From: Candidatus Latescibacterota bacterium
GTDB lineage: Bacteria; Latescibacterota; UBA2968
Length of the DNA: 64,000 nucleotides
NCBI GenBank assembly: GCA_965204375.1
Contig: OZ241986.1
Location: 3,424,001-3,488,000 of the forward strand
Direction of reading: 5' to 3'
Notes under the pieces: generated by a model
The model's database searches: none
What the model was told of the DNA's origin: nothing
The model's input: the letters and a program-made list of their open reading frames with translations, nothing else
Shown here: positions 57,579 to 64,000 of the stretch, in pieces
Layout of the letters: each line of letters opens with the position of its first letter
How positions within the stretch are numbered: position 1 is the first letter of the stretch
Program-made: the position numbers and the translations under genes

Positions 57579-60500
57579 ATGAATCGAATGTGTTTGCTGT
57601 TTATCATTTCCCTTTGCCTGGTATCTCAAGCCTTTGCGGGTACCACGGGGAAAGTTGCTGGCGTAATAAAAGACGCCAAATCGGGAGAAGTATTGCCCGG
57701 CGCAAACGTCGTCGTGATGGGCACCCGTCTGGGTGCGACGACAGACGCCGATGGCAACTATTTTATCCTCAATGTCCCACCCGGCATGCTGGAAGTACAG
57801 GCATCAATGGTGGGATATACAAAGGTCACGCAGACCGACGTCCGCGTAAAAATCGACCAGACTACAAAGCTCAATTTTGAACTGACCGAAGAAACCCTCG
57901 AAGCAGCCGAGATACTGGTCATGGCCGAACGCCCACCCGTAGAACTCGACCTCACGGGAAGCAAGCAGGCGCTGACGACGATGGACCTGGAATTGAGTTG
58001 GGCAAACTCTGTGGAAGAGGCCGTGGAAACCCAATCTGGGGTAGGGGTTCGGGGAAGTATCCGCGGAGGATACGGCTTCACCGCCGCCTATATTATAGAT
58101 GGTGTGGATGTGCGGGACGGCAATACCCAATCCAGCTTTGTCGTGACCAATACCGCGGCTATCCAGGAAATGGAAATACTCACGGGTGGATATAACGCGG
58201 AATACGGCCGGGCCAACGATGGGATCATCAACATCGTAACGCGATCAGCGCGAGACCGCTGGCACACGACTGCCAAAACGCGCATTCGCCCGCGCGGGAA
58301 GTACCACTGGGGCCGCAATATTTACAGCGAGGAAAATGTCGAAAACCAGGTTATCACCAAAGAGTTCTTCGACAAAAACGACATGGGAGCCTCCTGGAAT
58401 AACTACTGGACAGAACAGGGCCAAAATCCTACACCCGAGTTCAACTGGCAAAAATACCAGGAATTCACAACGCCACCGGAAGACATGGGCAATTACGCCG
58501 ATCTGGACCAGTGGGAGTGGGAAGGCGCTGCTTTCGGTCCCATCTCCTCCAATATGGATCTGTTGTTAAGCGGCAAGTATTTGCGAGGTGTAACCAGGTG
58601 GCCGAGCGTTTTCAAATACAGCCCCGAATGGAGCGCGCTCGCCAAATTGAATTACAACCTGACCCAGAACACCAAAATCACGGCATCGTTCAACCACCAG
58701 GGCACCGACAACAGTGGTCAACCCAGATTGTCTTACATGTCGTCCGACGATATGGGTGGTTCAATGGGGAATCTTCCATCGGGTGGAATCCGAACGCCTT
58801 TTCAGAGAGAGAAATGGAATTCGAATGGCAACAGCGTAATTACCGGCAATAACTCGCGCGTGCCGCCTCCACAGTATATTCGGACGAATGCGGCAATGTT
58901 AAAACTGACGCACGTCTTCAGTCCGCGCACATTTATGGATTTCCGCATTCAGCACTACCGAATGGATTACGACGCGCATTACGAAAACCTGGATACGAAT
59001 CCCGTCTTATTCCAGGACCAACTCGATCGAACCCCGGTGTTTTTGGAACCCACCTGGTTCCCCACCAGTCCGGTCAGCACTGGCGGACGGCGGTGGCAAT
59101 GGCCGAGAGATAACGCCAAACTGTTCGCCAATACCTGGCGAACATCAATCAATTTTGATCTGACCAGCCAGGTCAACGAACACAATCTGGTCAAGGCGGG
59201 CCTGTCATTCGATCCGCAGTATATCGATACCTGGTACGGTGGGCAATTTGGATCGGCTTCACAACCGTTTAACAAGGTGCCAAACAGGGATTATAGCCCC
59301 TGGGATTTCACCGCTTATGTGCAGGATCAAATCGAAGCCGAAGGCATGATCGTAAACCTCGGCTTGCGCCTGGACATGTTCAACGCCAACCGGAACGTGA
59401 ATTACATCCTGTGGGATCCCTACGCGCTGTCGAGTATTACCGATGGCAATATTGCGGGCGGAATTCTGTCCTTTGATCCGGACGGTCCCCATGCCGCCAA
59501 GACACCGCTACAGGTCGCGATTTCACCCCGCGTGGGCATCGCGCATCCCATTACCGCGAGCACTGTATTGCACTTTATGTACGGACATTTTAACCAGAGA
59601 CCTCCCTGGGTAAAAATTGCCGGGAATAAAGCCATCTGGAACCGCGGGGCACCCTCTGATCCGAGCGTTCAACTGCCACCCAACTACGATCCAAATCCCA
59701 ACGAGGATTACAACTATATCCACTGGTGGGGCACAGGTGGCAACCCGGAGATCGGGTTCGAAAAGATGATCCAGTACGAAGTGGGCTTTGATCAGGATAT
59801 TGCCGGTGTGCTCGGTTTAGATGTAACCATGTATTACAAGGACGCCAAGGATCTGACAAGGCGAGGCTTTCGACAGGGACGAGAGGAAGAAACCGGCAAC
59901 AGTTCAACGCTTCAATTCACTTTGTTTATGGATCCCAACAACCCGCAGAAGCAAACGCCTCAGAGTGGGTTTACCAACCGGGGCGCTTTCTCGATGGCGG
60001 GAGCACGCCTCGATGCACGCGGTCTGGAATTGGAATTGAGCACCAAGCGCTGGCAAAATGTGCGCCTCCAGCTCAAATACGACCTGTCCTATTCCAGCAC
60101 GGGCGCTTATGGCCCGACGAGCCTCTATATTCCCATCCAACAACCAGACGGTTCGATCAAGCAACTCGGACGGGATCGCTATCACGGATCCGGCGAGAAC
60201 AACCTCGAGTTGTGGAACCCGCACAACACGTTTAAGCTCAATGCATTGCTCAGCACGCCCAACAACTTCGGTCCGGTGATGGGGAACTGGTTCTTGAACA
60301 TGCACTACACCTACGCTTCGGCGCAGCGATACACCTATCATCCGCCCGGCGATACGAGCACCGAGCCGCTGAACCGGTCGTGGAAACCCTATCACCGCAC
60401 CAATGCGCGCCTCTCCAAGCGTTTCGAATTGGTGGGTGGAATGAAGGGCGAATTCGCAATAGACATACACAATGTCTTCAACAACAAAATCCTGAAACTG

Positions 60501-60677
60501 TTCGGCGGACAAGATTTGTTCAACTACATTGAAAAGGGCGAAATGCCCGTGATAAAAGCCTCCTATCTGACGCCAGATGGCACTTCAGCCGAATGGGTAG
60601 AGCCGAATCAGTGGACGATTTACCGCCCGGACCTGAATCCGAGAGAGTTGTTCTTCTCGCTGTCGATTGATTATTAG
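57579..60677 (+). CDS. TonB-dependent receptor with N-terminal carboxypeptidase-regulatory-like domain
   Basis: Signal peptide, GTTGKVAGVIKD..SGEVLPGANV, IRGG...YIIDGV, TGGYNAEYG..GIINIVT; C-terminal beta-signal FSLSIDY. Confidence 0.92.
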   Translation: MNRMCLLFIISLCLVSQAFAGTTGKVAGVIKDAKSGEVLPGANVVVMGTRLGATTDADGNYFILNVPPGMLEVQASMVGYTKVTQTDVRVKIDQTTKLNFELTEETLEAAEILVMAERPPVELDLTGSKQALTTMDLELSWANSVEEAVETQSGVGVRGSIRGGYGFTAAYIIDGVDVRDGNTQSSFVVTNTAAIQEMEILTGGYNAEYGRANDGIINIVTRSARDRWHTTAKTRIRPRGKYHWGRNIYSEENVENQVITKEFFDKNDMGASWNNYWTEQGQNPTPEFNWQKYQEFTTPPEDMGNYADLDQWEWEGAAFGPISSNMDLLLSGKYLRGVTRWPSVFKYSPEWSALAKLNYNLTQNTKITASFNHQGTDNSGQPRLSYMSSDDMGGSMGNLPSGGIRTPFQREKWNSNGNSVITGNNSRVPPPQYIRTNAAMLKLTHVFSPRTFMDFRIQHYRMDYDAHYENLDTNPVLFQDQLDRTPVFLEPTWFPTSPVSTGGRRWQWPRDNAKLFANTWRTSINFDLTSQVNEHNLVKAGLSFDPQYIDTWYGGQFGSASQPFNKVPNRDYSPWDFTAYVQDQIEAEGMIVNLGLRLDMFNANRNVNYILWDPYALSSITDGNIAGGILSFDPDGPHAAKTPLQVAISPRVGIAHPITASTVLHFMYGHFNQRPPWVKIAGNKAIWNRGAPSDPSVQLPPNYDPNPNEDYNYIHWWGTGGNPEIGFEKMIQYEVGFDQDIAGVLGLDVTMYYKDAKDLTRRGFRQGREEETGNSSTLQFTLFMDPNNPQKQTPQSGFTNRGAFSMAGARLDARGLELELSTKRWQNVRLQLKYDLSYSSTGAYGPTSLYIPIQQPDGSIKQLGRDRYHGSGENNLELWNPHNTFKLNALLSTPNNFGPVMGNWFLNMHYTYASAQRYTYHPPGDTSTEPLNRSWKPYHRTNARLSKRFELVGGMKGEFAIDIHNVFNNKILKLFGGQDLFNYIEKGEMPVIKASYLTPDGTSAEWVEPNQWTIYRPDLNPRELFFSLSIDY

Positions 60678-60753
60678 CCAAATAGCCGGGTGTCGAGAGG
60701 AACGAACGATACCCGGCCTGCAATTCCCTTCTCAAACAACAAAGGAGTTTCTG

Positions 60754-62823
60754 ATGAATGCAATACGCAGGCTTCTCCCACTCTGGGTGATGTGCCTCGT
60801 GCTGATGTTGCCGGAGGTTGTAAATGCTCAGGTGCCCGAAAGCCAACTCGTGGGCAACAACCCAATTGAGTTTACCGCCGGAAGATTGTGGTGGGGCACG
60901 AGTACCGCGGCGAATTACGCAGAAACGGCGATTCCCAACGTCCTTTCATATCCTGGCTATTATCAAGCACCGGATCATATGGACATGATTGCGCCCTGGA
61001 TCTGGGTCAACAATCAGGGGCGACGGGTCAAGATCAATTTGACAGAACGAAGCATTGTGTCTTTTGGCGGTGCCGTAACGCCCATGGTAAACAATTACAA
61101 TTACAATTTCGTGGGACCAGGCGGCACCAACGAGGCCGAGCAATGGGGCGAAGGGGTTTTCCAGACGTTCAAAATGAATCCAGCCAGCCCGGCCGATCCG
61201 ATGGGAGCAATGCAGATCACCACCAAAACAATGGTGTGGAGTGTGCCCAAATACGACGATTTTGTCATCCACAAGATCAAGATCAAACATGTGGATGATG
61301 TACCATTTGAAGATTTCTACATGTGTTTTCCCGCTCAGGTTCAGTACAACAACGGTCAACTCGTGAACAACGCCTTCAAGTTCAAGAACGACATGCAATT
61401 CGACTGGGATCCGGAACGGAAAGTTTTCATATTCTACGACGATGTGCAGTGGCCGACCACGGAAAGCGCGCCCATTTCGTTTAACATATTCGAGCCGCCG
61501 GGAGACGTGACCGGCGATGGGGGCGACCCCGGCAATATCACCGAGGCCGGGTCTCTGGATCGCAGACTCTACGAACCAGAAGCCCGGGCATGGGGCATTC
61601 TAAATCTGACTTACAACGGTCAGCCCGAAGAACCCCATTACAATATCCTCGCTGCGGCTGAATCCGCAACACGGACGGGCAACTTCGCGGGCAGGATGAG
61701 CGATGCTCGCGTACCAGCGCGCGAATCCGGACGTCTGTGGGCAGGGCAAAGCTGGGAACAGGATTTGCTGGCATTTTCACACGATCAGGAGCGGGCGAGT
61801 TGGATTGACCTCTGGAACGACCCATCCCGTCCCAAAGACGGATCAGTGGATGGCAATCTCTTCGAGCGATCCCCCATGCTGTATTCCTACATTGGTCCCT
61901 ACAATTTTCAGCCCGGCGATGAAATTGAACTGATCATCCTCTATTGTTTTGGCGAGATGGACCGCAATGTGTCGCAACGCGGCGGATTAGAAGCCGCACA
62001 ACGATACCAGGCAGAAGGTATTGCTGCGTTGAAGCAAAACTGGGATTCGGCTCTGGAATTGATCGCCAACAACTACAAGCTGCCCGCCGATCAGTATCCG
62101 CCCCCTCTTGTGGGAACCCAGCCATTTGTCGAAGACGGATATCCCAAGCTGGAGGCTGAGCCATTTGCCGACGCCAGTACTGGAAAGCAGGGTTTCACCT
62201 TAACCTGGCAAGCCGTTCCAGACAATTACCAGGACCCGGGCACAGGTGAAAATGACTTTGCCGGATATCGGGTTTACCGATCAGAAATTCACATCACGGG
62301 TCCCTGGGAACTGCTTGAGGATATTTCCGCTTCAGAAGCCGCAGCTTATAAGCAGGGCGATAAGATCGCTTTTCAAGTCGAGACCGACCCCGGTATCCCC
62401 TTCCGCTTTGCGGTGACCTCCTACGATAGGCACGGACTGGAAAGCGGCATAACGGCCTATACGTTTTTCGCTACGGAAGCTCCCAAGGCGCCTTCGGATG
62501 ATATGACCCAGATCCGCGTGGTGCCCAATCCCTTCCGGCAGCGAAGCGGGTTGCTGGATGCATCTCAGAACAATCGCCTGGCTTTTGTAAATATCCCGGC
62601 CAAATGCACCATCCGGATTTACACGCTTGCGGGCGATTTAATAAAAATTATTGAACACGATGGTTTTGGAGAAACCACCTGGGGCAGTCAGGCCAATGGC
62701 AATTATCTCCAGACGGACTTTTCCGAAAGCCCAGCAGCCGGGCTTTACATCTATCACGTAACATCTCACGTAGCGGGACAAGAAGGCCAGTCTCACGTTG
62801 GGAAATTCATGATCATTCGATAA
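60754..62823 (+). CDS. Secreted protein with FN3-like domain and T9SS/FlgD-like C-terminal sorting domain
   Basis: Signal peptide; LTW...DFAGYRVYRS...FAVTSYD...ES; IRVVPNPF...CTIRIYTLAGDLIKIIEH...AAGLYIYHV...KFMIIR. Confidence 0.82.
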   Translation: MNAIRRLLPLWVMCLVLMLPEVVNAQVPESQLVGNNPIEFTAGRLWWGTSTAANYAETAIPNVLSYPGYYQAPDHMDMIAPWIWVNNQGRRVKINLTERSIVSFGGAVTPMVNNYNYNFVGPGGTNEAEQWGEGVFQTFKMNPASPADPMGAMQITTKTMVWSVPKYDDFVIHKIKIKHVDDVPFEDFYMCFPAQVQYNNGQLVNNAFKFKNDMQFDWDPERKVFIFYDDVQWPTTESAPISFNIFEPPGDVTGDGGDPGNITEAGSLDRRLYEPEARAWGILNLTYNGQPEEPHYNILAAAESATRTGNFAGRMSDARVPARESGRLWAGQSWEQDLLAFSHDQERASWIDLWNDPSRPKDGSVDGNLFERSPMLYSYIGPYNFQPGDEIELIILYCFGEMDRNVSQRGGLEAAQRYQAEGIAALKQNWDSALELIANNYKLPADQYPPPLVGTQPFVEDGYPKLEAEPFADASTGKQGFTLTWQAVPDNYQDPGTGENDFAGYRVYRSEIHITGPWELLEDISASEAAAYKQGDKIAFQVETDPGIPFRFAVTSYDRHGLESGITAYTFFATEAPKAPSDDMTQIRVVPNPFRQRSGLLDASQNNRLAFVNIPAKCTIRIYTLAGDLIKIIEHDGFGETTWGSQANGNYLQTDFSESPAAGLYIYHVTSHVAGQEGQSHVGKFMIIR

Positions 62824-62835
62824 ACGGAGGCTATA

Positions 62836-63909
62836 ATGAAACGTTGTACATTTAAATGGACAATGGTCCCGATCCTTTTGCTCGTACTGGGATTTGCAAG
62901 TGAGGGGTTCGCGCAGCGGCGGTTCGAGGCAGAGGTAGGCCCAGGCGTCGAGGCTCTACCCTATAGTCGTGTGGGACGGTCGGGCTGGCAATTTGCCAAA
63001 TTGCCCACCTCGGCGCGCATGGCGAGTCTGGGAGGTATTGCAACGGTATTGAGCAAGGCAGACGCCAACGCCGCATTGACCAATCCAGCTACAATCTCAG
63101 ACATAACAAATATCAGCCTTTCGGGCAGCAACATGAACTGGATTGCCGACATCACCTATTATTCCGGTGCCGTGGTCAAAAACTTTGACCAGTGGGGTGT
63201 CTTCGGTCTCAGCATCAGTACCCTCGATTACGGGGATATGGTACGCACGGAAAACCAGGAACTATTTGGTCCCGATGGCGAAACACTGGGCCGCACCCAG
63301 CCCGTTATAGAAGGCTTGGGCACGTTTTCGGGTGGCGACCTCGCCGTGGGCTTCAATTACGGTCGGCGCATCACAGACCGCTTGCAGGTGGGCGGCACGG
63401 CGAAGTACTTTCAGGAAACCTTAGACGATGCCACCACTGGCAACTGGGCGATTGATATCGGCACGTACTATCACACCGGCATCAAAAGCCTGCGGATAGC
63501 CATGCTCGGGCAGAATTTCGGTCCCGATACCGAGTTCACCAAATACGACGAACAGATCCAAATCCCACCATCGCAAGTGCGAATGCCCATGGTATTCAAA
63601 CTCGGTGCGGCTTTTGATCTGGTCGAACAGTCAGAGGATCAGCCTCATCTCCTCACAGTGGCAACCGAGTTTACGCATCCCAATGACGGCGACGAAAAAA
63701 TGCACATAGCCGCCGAATACGGATTGCGAAACCTGGCCTATATCCGCGGCGGGTACCGCTTCAACTACGACGAAGAGGGCCTCACCGCTGGCGGGGGCCT
63801 CAATCTGAAGCGCGATCAATACGGGATCAGCGTGGATTACGCCTATATGGAATTTGGCCGTCTGGGTTCAGTACATGTCGTGACGGTCGGATTTGACTTT
63901 GGGAACTAA
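62836..63909 (+). CDS. PorV/PorQ (UPF0164) family outer-membrane beta-barrel
   Basis: FAKLPTSARMASLGG, NPA, AIDIGTYY, IRGGY, DYAYMEFGRLGSVHVVTVGFDF. Confidence 0.87.
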   Translation: MKRCTFKWTMVPILLLVLGFASEGFAQRRFEAEVGPGVEALPYSRVGRSGWQFAKLPTSARMASLGGIATVLSKADANAALTNPATISDITNISLSGSNMNWIADITYYSGAVVKNFDQWGVFGLSISTLDYGDMVRTENQELFGPDGETLGRTQPVIEGLGTFSGGDLAVGFNYGRRITDRLQVGGTAKYFQETLDDATTGNWAIDIGTYYHTGIKSLRIAMLGQNFGPDTEFTKYDEQIQIPPSQVRMPMVFKLGAAFDLVEQSEDQPHLLTVATEFTHPNDGDEKMHIAAEYGLRNLAYIRGGYRFNYDEEGLTAGGGLNLKRDQYGISVDYAYMEFGRLGSVHVVTVGFDFGN

Positions 63910-63921
63910 CGACGGGAAGGT

Positions 63922-63967
63922 ATCCGCAGATAGACGCAGATAAAGGCGGATGAAAGGCGAAAGGCAA
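63922..63967 (+). repeat. Intergenic CGCAGAT-family element running towards the window end
   Basis: ATCCGCAGATAGACGCAGATAAAGGCGGATGAAAGGCGAAAGGC, 12 nt after the PorV stop. Confidence 0.75.
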
Positions 63968-64000
63968 ACCTTTCTGGATCGCCTGCCTGTGCATTGCACG

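Overview
Bacterial chromosomal window. Seven PhyH-family dioxygenases, five Gfo/Idh/MocA oxidoreductases, three sulfatase-family genes, an AAA+PD-(D/E)XK protein, many toxin-antitoxin modules and a TonB/PorV cluster suggest an FCB-related (Latescibacterota-like) organism, possibly a sponge symbiont; this is an inference. The core features are tRNA-Arg(ACG), a partial tRNA (probably Glu) and ssb. Most notable: (1) an ECF sigma factor fused to a truncated beta-sliding-clamp (DnaN domain II-III)-like module that keeps the clamp peptide-pocket motifs (30757-32157); (2) a three-gene candidate defence operon (SNF2 helicase, SeqA-C-like protein, sacsin-type GHKL ATPase with a C-terminal Zn/HNH-like domain) wedged between broken TA genes (9548-16419); (3) a Panacea/SocA antitoxin paired with an unknown glycine-zipper protein; (4) an orphan M.BglI-like methyltransferase; (5) several families of modular intergenic repeats, one locked to the direction of transcription. 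All protein calls come from motif recognition by eye; no database search was run.
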